DNA from: Tagaea sp.
Lineage (GTDB): Bacteria > Pseudomonadota > Alphaproteobacteria > CACIAM-22H2
Length of the DNA: 64,000 nucleotides
Direction: 5' to 3'
Assembly: GCA_965279525.1 (NCBI GenBank)
Contig: CBDIIB010000005.1
Coordinates: 1,280,001-1,344,000 of the forward strand
The translations under genes and the position numbers were made by a program. Below, one piece after another: positions 32,124-41,691 of this stretch. Under the pieces are notes generated by a model. That model did not search any database. It had not been told where the DNA came from and saw nothing but the letters and a program-made list of their open reading frames with translations. Numbering within the stretch: position 1 is the stretch's first letter; each line of letters opens with the position of its first letter.

Positions 32124-33031
32124 GCCTTGGCGGACGGGATCTCGAGCTGCGGCTGGGGCAGCTTGACAACGTCGGCGCGCGGCTGCGGCTCGGTCAGCAG
32201 GCCGATCAGCCGCACCAGCATGGCGCGCAGCTCGTGGCGGTGGACGACCATGTCGACCATGCCGTGCTCGAGCAGGTACTCGGCCTTCTGGAATCCCGCC
32301 GGCAGCTTCTCGCGCAGCGTCTCCTCGATGACGCGGGCCCCGGCGAACCCGATCGTGGCACCCGGCTCGGCGATCGCGATGTCGCCGAGCATCGCGAAGG
32401 ATGCCGACACGCCGCCGGTCGTGGGATCCGTCAACACGACGATATAGGGCAGGCCCGCTTCCTTGACCTCCTCGGCCGCAATCACGCTGCGCGGCATCTG
32501 CATCAGCGACAGGATGCCTTCCTGCATGCGCGCCCCGCCCGAGGCCGGAATGACGATCAGCGGCGACTGCTGGAGGACGGCGAGCTTGGCCGCCGCGACG
32601 AGGCCTTCGCCCACCGCAAGCCCCATCGAGCCGCCCTGGAACTCGAAATCGAAGACGGCGACGACCGCACCCATGCCGCCGATGCGCCCGTGCGCCACCA
32701 GGATCGCGTCCTGCTCGCCGGTCTTCTCGCGCGCGGCCTTGAGGCGATCCGTGTATTTCTTCTGGTCGCGGAACTTGAGCGGGTCGAGCGCCACCTTCGG
32801 CAGCTCGATGCGCGCATAGGCCCCGTCGTCGAACAGCGTTTCGAGCCGGCGCTTGGCCGGCAGGCGCATGTGGTGGCCGCAATGCGGGCAGACGCGCTGG
32901 TTGGCCTCCAGGTCGCGGTGGAAGATCATCTTGCTGCAGGCCGGGCACGTGTCCCACAGATTGTCCGGCACCTCGGTCTTGCGCACGAGGGAGCGCAGCT
33001 TCGGGCGGACGAAATTGGTAAGCCAGCTCAT
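32120..33031 (-). CDS. accD: acetyl-CoA carboxylase carboxyltransferase beta subunit
   Basis: CPAC...CPHC zinc finger, GGSMG, SGGARMQEG, PTTGGVSASFA. Confidence 0.97.
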   Translation of the reverse strand: MSWLTNFVRPKLRSLVRKTEVPDNLWDTCPACSKMIFHRDLEANQRVCPHCGHHMRLPAKRRLETLFDDGAYARIELPKVALDPLKFRDQKKYTDRLKAAREKTGEQDAILVAHGRIGGMGAVVAVFDFEFQGGSMGLAVGEGLVAAAKLAVLQQSPLIVIPASGGARMQEGILSLMQMPRSVIAAEEVKEAGLPYIVVLTDPTTGGVSASFAMLGDIAIAEPGATIGFAGARVIEETLREKLPAGFQKAEYLLEHGMVDMVVHRHELRAMLVRLIGLLTEPQPRADVVKLPQPQLEIPSAKA

Positions 33032-33041
33032 CGTCCGGTCC

Positions 33042-33860
33042 TCACGCGCTCTGCTTCTGGCGGGCCGTGCGCACGGCCTTGGAAAGTTCGCGCACCAGGC
33101 CATGCACGCGCGATGCCGCATCGCCCGGCCCCGTCTCGACGACCTTCTGCACCAGCGCCGATCCGACGACGGCGGCATCCGCGTCGCGCGCGATCGCGGC
33201 GGCGTCGGCCGGCGTCTTGATGCCAAACCCGACTGCGACGGGAAGCTTCGTCGACCGGCGGATGTGCGCGACCGCTTCGGCCACCTTCGTACTGACGATC
33301 GCTTTGGTCCCCGTCACGCCCAGCACGGCGACGTAATAGAGGAAACCGGAGGCCCCATCGAGAACGATCGGCAAGCGCTTGTCGTCGGTCGTGGGCGTGG
33401 CGAGGCGCACGAGATCGAGACCGGAAGCCTTCGCGTAGGGACGAAGTTCGGCGTCCTCTTCGGGCGGCAGGTCGACGACGATCAGGCCGTCGGCACCGGC
33501 GGCCGCCGCGTCCTTGCAGAACTTCTCGGGTCCGTAGATGTAGATCGGGTTGTAGTAGCCCATCAGCACGACCGGCGTGGCGGTGTCCTTCGTGCGGAAC
33601 TTCTTGAGCTGGTCGAGCGCCTTGCGGGTCGAGGCGCCGGCCTTCAGCGCACGAAGTGCGGCGGCCTGGATCGCCGGGCCGTCCGCCATCGGGTCGGAAA
33701 AGGGCAGGCCAAGCTCGATCACGTCGGCGCCGGCGGCCGGCAGACCGTCGAGGATCGCCTGTGCGCCTGCCGCATCCGGGTCGCCGGCCATCACGTACGT
33801 GACGAGGCCGGCGCGGCCTTCCCTGGCAAGCTCGGCGAAACGTCCGGCGAGGCGGCTCAC
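33042..33860 (-). CDS. trpA: tryptophan synthase alpha chain
   Basis: [34 protein letters not shown]. Confidence 0.97.
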   Translation of the reverse strand: MSRLAGRFAELAREGRAGLVTYVMAGDPDAAGAQAILDGLPAAGADVIELGLPFSDPMADGPAIQAAALRALKAGASTRKALDQLKKFRTKDTATPVVLMGYYNPIYIYGPEKFCKDAAAAGADGLIVVDLPPEEDAELRPYAKASGLDLVRLATPTTDDKRLPIVLDGASGFLYYVAVLGVTGTKAIVSTKVAEAVAHIRRSTKLPVAVGFGIKTPADAAAIARDADAAVVGSALVQKVVETGPGDAASRVHGLVRELSKAVRTARQKQSA

Positions 33861-35068
33861 AGCTTCACCCCGAGGCGTTCGCCGATCGTGAAGATGTCCT
33901 TGTCGCCGCGACCGCAGAGATTCATCACGATCAGATAGTCCTTGGGCAGTTTGGGCGCGATGCGCGCGACATGCGCCAGCGCGTGCGCCGGCTCGAGGGC
34001 CGGCAGGATGCCTTCGGTGCGCGACAGCAGCTTGAAGGCCTCGATGGCTTCGTCGTCGGTCGCGGCCACATAGTTCACGCGCTTGATGTCGTGCAGCCAC
34101 GAATGCTCGGGCCCGATGCCCGGATAGTCGAGGCCCGCCGAGATCGAGTGCGCCTCGTCGATCTGGCCATCGTCGTTCATCAGCAGGAAGGTGCGGTTGC
34201 CGTGGAGCACGCCCGGACGCCCGCCCTGCAGCGAGGCCGCATGCTTGCCGCTGTCGAGACCGAGGCCGGCCGCCTCGACCGCGTCCATCGCCACTTCCTT
34301 GTCGTCGAGGAACGGATGGAACAGGCCCATCGCGTTCGAGCCGCCGCCGATGCACGCGACCAGCAGGTCGGGCAGGCGGCCTTCGAAGCCCATGAACTGC
34401 TCGCGCGTCTCGCGGCCGATCACGCTCTGGAAGTCGCGCACCATCATCGGATAGGGATGCGGGCCTGCGACGGTGCCGATGATGTAGTAGGTGTCCTCGA
34501 CATTGGCGACCCAGTCGCGCAGCGCCTCGTTCATCGCGTCCTTGAGCGTGCCCGTGCCCGACGTGACCGGCTTCACTTCGGCACCCAGCAGCTTCATGCG
34601 GAACACGTTGGGTGCTTGCCGCTCGATGTCGGTCGCACCCATGTAGACGGTGCAGGGCATGCCGAACAGCGCGCAGACCGTTGCTGTCGCCACGCCATGC
34701 TGGCCGGCACCGGTCTCGGCGATGATGCGCTTCTTGCCCATGCGCTGGGCCAGCAGGATCTGGCCCATGCAGCTGTTGATCTTGTGGGCACCCGTGTGGT
34801 TGAGCTCGTCGCGCTTCAGATAGATCTTGGCCCCGCCCAGCACCTTGGTCAGCCGCTCGGCCAGCCACAGCGGCGACGGCCGGCCGACATAGTGCGCGAG
34901 GTAATAGTCGAGCTCCTTCTGGAAGGCCGGGTCCTTGCGGGCGGCCGTATAGGCGCGCTCGACCTCCAGGATGAGGGGCATCAGGGTTTCGGAGACGTAG
35001 CGGCCGCCGAAGATGCCGAAATGCCCGGTTTCGTCGGGTCCGGCGCGGAAGGAATTGAGCTGTTTCAT
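33857..35068 (-). CDS. trpB: tryptophan synthase beta chain
   Basis: [40 protein letters not shown]. Confidence 0.98.
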   Translation of the reverse strand: MKQLNSFRAGPDETGHFGIFGGRYVSETLMPLILEVERAYTAARKDPAFQKELDYYLAHYVGRPSPLWLAERLTKVLGGAKIYLKRDELNHTGAHKINSCMGQILLAQRMGKKRIIAETGAGQHGVATATVCALFGMPCTVYMGATDIERQAPNVFRMKLLGAEVKPVTSGTGTLKDAMNEALRDWVANVEDTYYIIGTVAGPHPYPMMVRDFQSVIGRETREQFMGFEGRLPDLLVACIGGGSNAMGLFHPFLDDKEVAMDAVEAAGLGLDSGKHAASLQGGRPGVLHGNRTFLLMNDDGQIDEAHSISAGLDYPGIGPEHSWLHDIKRVNYVAATDDEAIEAFKLLSRTEGILPALEPAHALAHVARIAPKLPKDYLIVMNLCGRGDKDIFTIGERLGVKL

Positions 35069-35077
35069 GGCCGCGCG

Positions 35078-35106
35078 GTTATAGCCGAGCCGCTGGCCCG
35101 GGCCAA
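35078..35106 (-). promoter_or_regulatory. internal promoter upstream of trpB
   Basis: Minus strand TTGGCC-17 nt-TATAAC, 9 nt before ATG. Confidence 0.55.
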
Positions 35107-35112
35107 GCGACC

Positions 35113-35751
35113 TCAGACCGCCCGGACGGCCGCCAGAAACCGCCGGATCAGGCGCGGGGATTTGTGCCCGGGCCGGTCTTCCACGCCCGACGAGACGTCG
35201 ACGGCCGGTGCCCCGGCCGTGCGGATGGCGGCCGCGACATTCTGCGCTGTCAGGCCCCCGGCCAGCATCCACGGCCGGGTCCATTTCCGGCCGGCCAGCA
35301 GCGTCCAGTCGAAGCTGACGGCGTTGCCGCCGGGCAACGCGTCGTCGCGTTTGGGCGGCTTGGCGTCGAACAACAGCCGGTCGGCCACGTCGAGATACGC
35401 CGTGGCGCCGTCGAGATCGGCCGCTGTCGAGACGCCGAGTACCTTCATGACGGGCAGATTCGTCCGTGCGCGGATCTCGGCCGTGCGTGCCGGCGTCTCG
35501 TGCCCGTGAAGCTGCACGATGTCCGGCCGGAAGGCCGACAGGATCGCGTCGAGGGCGGAATCGTCGAGGTCGACGACGAGCGCCACGCGGCGCACGCGGG
35601 CCGGCAGGTGACCGGCAAGAAACCGCGCCTGTGCTGGCGTGACGCTGCGCGGGCTGCGCGGGAAAAAGTTGAATCCGGCGAAGGCCGCGCGCGCGGCGGC
35701 CTGTGCTGCCGGCACGGAATTGATGCCGCAGATCTTGGTTTCGACCGTCAC
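35113..35751 (-). CDS. trpF: phosphoribosylanthranilate isomerase
   Basis: [31 protein letters not shown]. Confidence 0.95.
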   Translation of the reverse strand: MTVETKICGINSVPAAQAAARAAFAGFNFFPRSPRSVTPAQARFLAGHLPARVRRVALVVDLDDSALDAILSAFRPDIVQLHGHETPARTAEIRARTNLPVMKVLGVSTAADLDGATAYLDVADRLLFDAKPPKRDDALPGGNAVSFDWTLLAGRKWTRPWMLAGGLTAQNVAAAIRTAGAPAVDVSSGVEDRPGHKSPRLIRRFLAAVRAV

Positions 35752-36461
35752 GCCGCGATTTCCGCAAGGATGCGCGACAGGGCCGCTTTCGGATCGGCCG
35801 CCTGGGTGATCGGCCGGCCGATCACCAGATGGTCGGCACCAAGCGAAACCGCCTCGCCTGGCGTCATCACGCGCTTCTGGTCGCCGGCGGCGGCCCATTC
35901 GGGCCGGATGCCCGGGACCACGAGCTTGAAGCCGGGGCCGACTTCCTTGCGCAGGCGCGCTATCTCGTGCGCCGAGCAGACCACGCCGTCGATACCCGCT
36001 TCGCGCGCGAGCATCGCGAGGCGCAGGGCCTGTTCGCCGGACGGCCCGCGCTGGCCGACCGCGTCGAGATCGGCGTCGTCGAGACTGGTCAGCACCGTGA
36101 TCGCGAGCAGCAGCGGCCGGTCGGGGCCGGTCTGGGCGGCCGCATCGCGCGCGGCAACCAGCATCGCGCGCCCGCCGCTTGCATGTACCGTCAAGAACCG
36201 CGGCCGGCACAGGGCGGCCGCCTTCACGCCGCCGGCCACGGTATTGGGGATGTCGTGAAGCTTGAGGTCGAGGAAGAGCGGGCGTGCACCGGCAACCTTT
36301 CGCACGCCGTCCGGCCCGTTCGCGACGAAGAACTCGAGCCCGAGCTTCAGCGCGAAGCCGTCCGCTCCCAAACGCACCAGATCGGCGGCGGCGTCGTCCG
36401 TGCGCATCCGGTCGATGGCGACGAAAACGCGCGGCAGGGGGGGGCTGGCCGGCTGGGACAT
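35748..36461 (-). CDS. pyrF: orotidine-5'-phosphate decarboxylase
   Basis: [32 protein letters not shown]. Confidence 0.97.
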   Translation of the reverse strand: MSQPASPPLPRVFVAIDRMRTDDAAADLVRLGADGFALKLGLEFFVANGPDGVRKVAGARPLFLDLKLHDIPNTVAGGVKAAALCRPRFLTVHASGGRAMLVAARDAAAQTGPDRPLLLAITVLTSLDDADLDAVGQRGPSGEQALRLAMLAREAGIDGVVCSAHEIARLRKEVGPGFKLVVPGIRPEWAAAGDQKRVMTPGEAVSLGADHLVIGRPITQAADPKAALSRILAEIAA

Positions 36462-36541
36462 TGCGGTATCCTTGCTGTTGGGCGATAGAGGCGAAGGACC
36501 GGGCGACTCGATACCCGGCCGAGCGCAGGATTGCCCGCACC

Positions 36542-37738
36542 ATGACCCGATTCAAGACCCTCGGCGATTTCGATTTTTCCGGCAAGCGCGTGCTCGTGCG
36601 CGCCGATCTCAACGTTCCCATGCAGGATGGGGCGGTTAGCGATGCCACGCGCATCGAACGCTTCGCGCCCACGGCTGCGGAACTGGCCGGGAAGGGGGCC
36701 AGGGTTGTCGTGCTGTCGCACTTCGGGCGGCCCAAGGGCCGCGATGAAAGCCAATCTTTGCGCCCGCTCGTCGCCCCGCTCGCCAAGGCGATCGGCCGGC
36801 CGGTCGCCTTCGCGGAAGATTGCATCGGCCCGGCCGCCCGGGCCGCCGTCGAAGCGTTGAAGGACGGCGAGGTCGTGCTGCTCGAGAACCTGCGCTTCCA
36901 CGCAGGCGAGGAGAAAAACGACCCGGCGTTCGTCAAGGCTTTGGCCGGACTTGGCGACATCTACGTCAACGACGCGTTCTCCTGCGCGCACCGCGCGCAT
37001 GCATCGACCGAGGGGATCGCGCACGTCTTGCCGTGTGCGGCCGGCCTTTCCATGCAGGCCGAGCTCGAAGCGCTCGGCAAGGCGCTCGACCATCCGCGCC
37101 GACCCGTGGCGGCCGTGATCGGCGGCTCCAAGATTTCCACCAAGCTCGACCTGATCGGAAACCTCGTCGCACGCGTCGACATCCTGGCGATCGGCGGCGG
37201 CATGGCGAACACGTTCCTGCATGCCAAGGGCATTTCGGTCGGCCGGTCGCTGTGCGAATCGGAAATGGCCGAGACGGCGCGGCGCATCATGGCGGATGCC
37301 GAAACCTCGGGAAAACAGATCGTGCTGCCGGTCGATGCGGTCGTCGCGGGTGCATTGACGGATTCGGCCGGTGCCGAAACCGTGCCGATCGGCCGCATCC
37401 CGGCCGACAAGATGATCCTCGATATCGGTCCGTTATCGGTCGCCGAGACGCTGCGTATTTTCGACGGCGCGCATACGCTGGTCTGGAACGGGCCGGTGGG
37501 CGCTTTCGAGCATGCGCCGTTCGATGCGGGCACGACAGCCCTTGCAAGGGGCGTGGCCGAGCGCACGAAGGCCGGCCGGCTGCTTTCGGTCGCCGGCGGC
37601 GGCGATACGGTCGCGGCCCTGGCGAAGGCCGGTGCCGTCGATTCGTTCAGCTATGTCTCGACGGCCGGCGGGGCGTTCCTTGAATGGCTCGAAGGCAAGG
37701 AGCTGCCGGGCGTGGCGGCACTCGCGGTCCGGCCCTAG
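36542..37738 (+). CDS. pgk: phosphoglycerate kinase
   Basis: [34 protein letters not shown]. Confidence 0.97.
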   Translation: MTRFKTLGDFDFSGKRVLVRADLNVPMQDGAVSDATRIERFAPTAAELAGKGARVVVLSHFGRPKGRDESQSLRPLVAPLAKAIGRPVAFAEDCIGPAARAAVEALKDGEVVLLENLRFHAGEEKNDPAFVKALAGLGDIYVNDAFSCAHRAHASTEGIAHVLPCAAGLSMQAELEALGKALDHPRRPVAAVIGGSKISTKLDLIGNLVARVDILAIGGGMANTFLHAKGISVGRSLCESEMAETARRIMADAETSGKQIVLPVDAVVAGALTDSAGAETVPIGRIPADKMILDIGPLSVAETLRIFDGAHTLVWNGPVGAFEHAPFDAGTTALARGVAERTKAGRLLSVAGGGDTVAALAKAGAVDSFSYVSTAGGAFLEWLEGKELPGVAALAVRP

Positions 37739-37739
37739 C

Positions 37740-38966
37740 TCAGTTCAGCCGCTTGAGCGGGCTGCGCCGCGGCGTTCCGCCCGCGTGCATCTTGCGCGTC
37801 GGTGCCGGGACCAGTGCCTCGCGGCGCGCTTCGCTGGCGACAATGCTGTCGTCGACTAGCGGTCCGCGCGTCTCGCCGCGCCGCCAGGCGGCGACGCGCG
37901 ATTCGGCGACGCTTTCCTCGACGACATCGAAGAACGACAGCGCGTCGAACAGCTCGCCCGGATTGACCAGGCCGCCCGTCGGTCCGCCGAGTTGGCGCAG
38001 GGCGATGAAAAATTCGGTGAACAGCGGCTTGTCGACATGGCAGCCCTTGCAGGCGACGGCAAGCGCCCGGCCGCCCTGCTCGTAGAGGCAGCGGCGCGCG
38101 GTGGCGACCGACACGCGCGCGAACTTGGCAAACAGCGTTTCCAGCAGCGAGCGTTCGCCCGCGCGCACGAGCGGCAGCAGCATCTGCAGGTCGTGGACAT
38201 CGTCCCGGTCGATCGCGGCGCGGATCTTGAGAAGGACCCCGTTCAGGGCCGCCGCGCGCGCGTGATCGGCGACAACTTCGGACAACGCATCGCCGATCGC
38301 CTTGTCGAGCAGGTAGTGGTCGATCTCGAAATTCTCGATGATGTGCCGGCGTAGCGCCTCGGAAACCCAGCCATACATCCGGCCGGCCAGGCGCGGATCG
38401 AGATCCTCGCGCTTCAGGATCATCTCCTGGAGATCGGCATCGGAGTGCGAGACTTCGACCAGCGTCTCGAACGTATCGGTCGCGATGGTGGCGCCCGTGT
38501 TCTCGAGGACGGCGCGCACGACGTCCTGCTCGCCGGGCCGCACGAGCGCGTCGCTGACCGGGGCCGAGATGTGCTCGCGCCGCGCGATAGCCAGGCGATG
38601 CTGGAACGTGCGCGTGCGGATGACGTTGAGCAGTTCGCCGTCGTCGAGCAGTTCGGATTTCAGCAGGACGGGCCAGGCGACCTCGATCCGGTCGTTGGCG
38701 AGCTGGACGATCAGGCGGCGAGGGGCGACGCCTTCGGCGGCAAGGCGCTCGGCAAGGGCGCGGCGGATCGGCATCTCGAGATCGTGGAGCAGGCGCTGGA
38801 GGATTTCCTCGGCAAGCTCGCGCTCGCGCGCCGACATCGAGCCAAGATCGGTGCCCAGGATCATGTCGCCCATCCGCACCGCCAGATGCGCGCGCGCATC
38901 CGGCCGCTTGTCCTGGGCGAGAATCAGGAGCCCGTGCAACTGCTCGCTGTCGAAAGGAATCGTCAT
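37740..38966 (-). CDS. DUF2336-family protein
   Basis: IRRALAERLA, LANDRIEVAWPVLLKSELL, HRLAIARR, VLENTGA pattern typical of this alphaproteobacterial family. Confidence 0.8.
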   Translation of the reverse strand: MTIPFDSEQLHGLLILAQDKRPDARAHLAVRMGDMILGTDLGSMSARERELAEEILQRLLHDLEMPIRRALAERLAAEGVAPRRLIVQLANDRIEVAWPVLLKSELLDDGELLNVIRTRTFQHRLAIARREHISAPVSDALVRPGEQDVVRAVLENTGATIATDTFETLVEVSHSDADLQEMILKREDLDPRLAGRMYGWVSEALRRHIIENFEIDHYLLDKAIGDALSEVVADHARAAALNGVLLKIRAAIDRDDVHDLQMLLPLVRAGERSLLETLFAKFARVSVATARRCLYEQGGRALAVACKGCHVDKPLFTEFFIALRQLGGPTGGLVNPGELFDALSFFDVVEESVAESRVAAWRRGETRGPLVDDSIVASEARREALVPAPTRKMHAGGTPRRSPLKRLN

Positions 38967-39231
38967 CTAGTCAACGCCACCGAAATTCTTCGACGCGCCG
39001 GATCCGCGTACGTTCTATTAGTAAGTCTAAGTCTGATCGTCATACGAATCCAGTTGGACGCAGTCGTTCCAGGACGAATTCGATTCCGAGCGTGACATCT
39101 TCGCGTGACGATTTGCAATTTGCCAAACCATACAAATTGCGGGGCAATTCGACATGCTTCGCTCGCAATGCGCGTGGCATTTTCATCGCAACTGTTCGCC
39201 CAACAGGCATTCGCGAATGGCAAACTCGAAA

Positions 39232-39246
39232 TTAACGGAGAATTAA
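39232..39246. promoter_or_regulatory. CtrA-binding site
   Basis: Perfect TTAA-CGGAGAA-TTAA in an AT-rich intergenic region. Confidence 0.7.
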
Positions 39247-39268
39247 ATCAAATTTGCTCTTATTGCGG

Positions 39269-39514
39269 ATGATGCAGATTCAAGCTGGCACATCTTCGAT
39301 TGCAAACGGCCTTCCGCGTCCCGATGGCGGGCGCGTCTCGGGTCGGCCCACCCTTTCCGGACGCGGCGGGCAGGCGGCGGATGTCGGTTTCGCGGTTCCG
39401 GCACGCGCCTTCGGCATTCCCGAAGCCCGCGAGGCGATCGCGGCCAACTTCGCCGAAGAAGCGATGCCCGCGCGCGCCTTGCCGCGTGGCTCGTTGGTCG
39501 ACCTGTTGATCTGA
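39269..39514 (+). CDS. small hypothetical protein ending PRGSLVDLLI
   Basis: 81-aa ORF filling the gap between DUF2336 and the desaturase; GC-rich coding-like sequence; follows the CtrA box. Confidence 0.6.
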   Translation: MMQIQAGTSSIANGLPRPDGGRVSGRPTLSGRGGQAADVGFAVPARAFGIPEAREAIAANFAEEAMPARALPRGSLVDLLI

Positions 39515-39526
39515 CCGTTCCGACGG

Positions 39527-40318
39527 CTATCGAAGCCTGCGGAAGGGCTGTATCAGCAGGCGCCACAGGCTTTGGCTTGCGGCATCGCGGTACGTCGGCA
39601 GTCCGATCGTGAGGCCGAGCTGCCCGTCGGCAGGCTCGGCACGGTAGGTCCCGAACAGGCGGTCCCACCACGAGACCGAAAATCCGAAATTGCTGTCGGT
39701 CTCCTCGCGCCGCACCGAATGGTGGATGCGGTGCATGTCCGGCGTGACCAGGACCATCCGCACGCCCCTTTCCAGGGCCGCCGGCATCCGGATATTGGCG
39801 TGATTGAACAGCGAACTGGCGTTGAGTAGCACTTCGAAGGCGAAGACCGCCTCGGGCGGGGCGCCGGTCGCGGCGATCACGGCAAGCTTGATCGCCAGCG
39901 ACAAGCCGATCTCGACCGGATGGAAGCGCACGCCCGTCGTGGTGTCGAACATGGTGTCGGAATGGTGCATGCGGTGCAGTGCCCAGAAGGCGGGGACCGC
40001 GTGGAACACGCGATGCTGGAAATAGATCGCGAGGTCGAGTGCCACAAGCCCGGCGAGGAACGCGGCCCAGGCCGGCAGGCCGGACATTCCGATCAGGCCC
40101 CAACCCTGCGCCTGGGCGTAGACGGCAAACGCGGCCGCCCCGCCAGGGACGGCAACGCGGGCGACCAGACCGCCCAGGATCGCGAAGGCGAGATTCGCCG
40201 GCCAGCGCCGCGCGCGCGAAGGCGCGTCGGGGCGGCGGGGCGCCAGCGCTTCCCACAGCGCCATCAAGGCGAGCACGCCGACGAAGATGCCGAGCCGCAG
40301 GGACGCTTCGTCTTGCAT
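39527..40318 (-). CDS. sterol desaturase/fatty acid hydroxylase family protein
   Basis: His boxes YFQHRVFH, LHRMHHSD, FNHAN, HRIHHS; NFG and WDRLFGTY. Confidence 0.92.
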   Translation of the reverse strand: MQDEASLRLGIFVGVLALMALWEALAPRRPDAPSRARRWPANLAFAILGGLVARVAVPGGAAAFAVYAQAQGWGLIGMSGLPAWAAFLAGLVALDLAIYFQHRVFHAVPAFWALHRMHHSDTMFDTTTGVRFHPVEIGLSLAIKLAVIAATGAPPEAVFAFEVLLNASSLFNHANIRMPAALERGVRMVLVTPDMHRIHHSVRREETDSNFGFSVSWWDRLFGTYRAEPADGQLGLTIGLPTYRDAASQSLWRLLIQPFRRLR

Positions 40319-40323
40319 GTCTT

Positions 40324-41181
40324 TCAGCCGATCCTGAAGTTCATCGCGAGCAGGCCCGCGACCAGCACGAGTGCCGCGACGATCCGCAGCTTTCCGAATT
40401 TTTCGCCGAGCAGGAACGTGCCCATCAGCGTGGCGAACAGCACCGACGTCTCGCGCAGCGCCGAGACATGTGCGATGGCGCCAAGGCTCGACGCCCAGAT
40501 CGCGATGCCATAGCCGATCGTCGCGACGACGCCGCCGGCCGCGCCGCGCCACCAGTACTGGCGCATGTAAGGGTAGATCGAGGGGCCGCGCTTCCACATC
40601 GCGAACACGAAGATCCACGGACCCTCGAGGAGGTTGAGCCACACGATGTAGGACAGCGCGTTGCCCGACAGACGCGCACCCAGGCCATCGAGGACCGTGT
40701 AGGCCGCGATCGTGAAGCCCGTGCATATGGCAAGCCCGATCGCGCGCCGCTCGGCGAAATTCGGGATGCCGCGCGCGAAGGCAAGTCCCGCAATGCCGAG
40801 CGAAACAAGCACCACGCCGACCGATTCGCGGAAATCCAGGAACTCGCCGATCAGCGTGCCCGACATGATCGCGACGAGGGTGGGGCCGAGTCCCCGCGCG
40901 ATCGGGTAGACGAGCGACAGGTCGCCAAGCGCGTAGGCGCGCAGCAAAAACACGTAATAGAAAAGATGGACCGCGAGGGAGCCGAGCAGATAGGGCCAGG
41001 CGGCGGCGTCGGGAAACGGGACGAAAGGCGCCATCGCGAGGCCGATGATGCAGCCGACGAGCATCACGACGCCGAAAGAGGTGAGGCGATCGGGATCCGA
41101 CTTGACGACGGCGTTCCACGACGCGTGCATCAGGGCGGCGAGGAGGACGAGGGCCGCGACGGACGGATCGATCTTTTCCAA
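40324..41181 (-). CDS. EamA/DMT-family transporter
   Basis: AALMHASWNA, GDLSLVYPIARG, ALRETSVLFA; TTG start with GGGAG SD. Confidence 0.9.
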   Translation of the reverse strand: MEKIDPSVAALVLLAALMHASWNAVVKSDPDRLTSFGVVMLVGCIIGLAMAPFVPFPDAAAWPYLLGSLAVHLFYYVFLLRAYALGDLSLVYPIARGLGPTLVAIMSGTLIGEFLDFRESVGVVLVSLGIAGLAFARGIPNFAERRAIGLAICTGFTIAAYTVLDGLGARLSGNALSYIVWLNLLEGPWIFVFAMWKRGPSIYPYMRQYWWRGAAGGVVATIGYGIAIWASSLGAIAHVSALRETSVLFATLMGTFLLGEKFGKLRIVAALVLVAGLLAMNFRIG

Positions 41182-41223
41182 CTGCTCCCGCTCCCGCGTG
41201 CCCGGAAGGCGGATTCTAGCCCC

Positions 41224-41263
41224 AAAACGCAGAAGGGGCGCGGGAGAAGAACCCCCGCGCCCC
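41224..41263 (-). terminator. intrinsic terminator-like hairpin after the micropeptide gene
   Basis: 10-bp GC stem (GGGGCGCGGG/CCCGCGCCCC), extendable by G-U and G-C pairs on the minus strand, followed by TTCTGCGTTTT. Confidence 0.65.
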
Positions 41264-41286
41264 CAAATGCACTGAGCGAAAACCGC

Positions 41287-41337
41287 TTACTTCTTCTTCT
41301 TAGCGGCCTTCTTCTTAGCCTTTTTCTTCGCAGCCAT
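41287..41337 (-). CDS. 16-aa Lys/Ala micropeptide MAAKKKAKKKAAKKKK
   Basis: ATG...TAA, 17 codons; AAGGAG SD 7 nt upstream; hairpin downstream; below ORF-track cutoff. Confidence 0.72.
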   Translation of the reverse strand: MAAKKKAKKKAAKKKK

Positions 41338-41474
41338 GATGTGACTCCTTGTTTCCGATGGTGTCGGACCGGGAAAGGCGCGCCGGAGATCTGAGCGGAG
41401 CTGGGTGTTTAATCCCTGCCCTTTTGACCTACGACGGAGTTGGAGCCCTCCCTGGAGACGATCCGACCGTCGCT

Positions 41475-41504
41475 AGAACATCATTTTGAACAAGGGCATG
41501 TCAA
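41475..41504 (-). promoter_or_regulatory. candidate sigma70 promoter for the leader plus micropeptide transcript
   Basis: Minus strand consensus TTGACA, 18-nt spacer, TGTTCT. Confidence 0.5.
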
Positions 41505-41691
41505 GGAAATTCAATATGAGGGGGGTTGACATCGCCAACCCCACTATCGTTAGGGGGCATCGCATGCTGTTGCGGGAGTCGTCAAACCACCTTCTACAGC
41601 TAGTTAGAGACAGCAAGAAAACCCAAATAAAATCGAGACAATTTGCATGTCGGCATTTTGCGCGCGTGATGAAAATCAACGCGCGATTCCC

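Noticed and set aside
38963-39223. 86-aa minus-strand ORF abutting DUF2336
   Set aside because: AT-rich, no SD, composition unlike the coding genes; better explained as regulatory DNA
41340-41690. Possible SRP RNA, tmRNA or 6S RNA next to ftsY
   Set aside because: No SRP domain IV signature (CAGG...GGAA...AGCA), no tRNA-like ends or ANDN-type tag, no clear 6S rod; kept only as an unclassified leader
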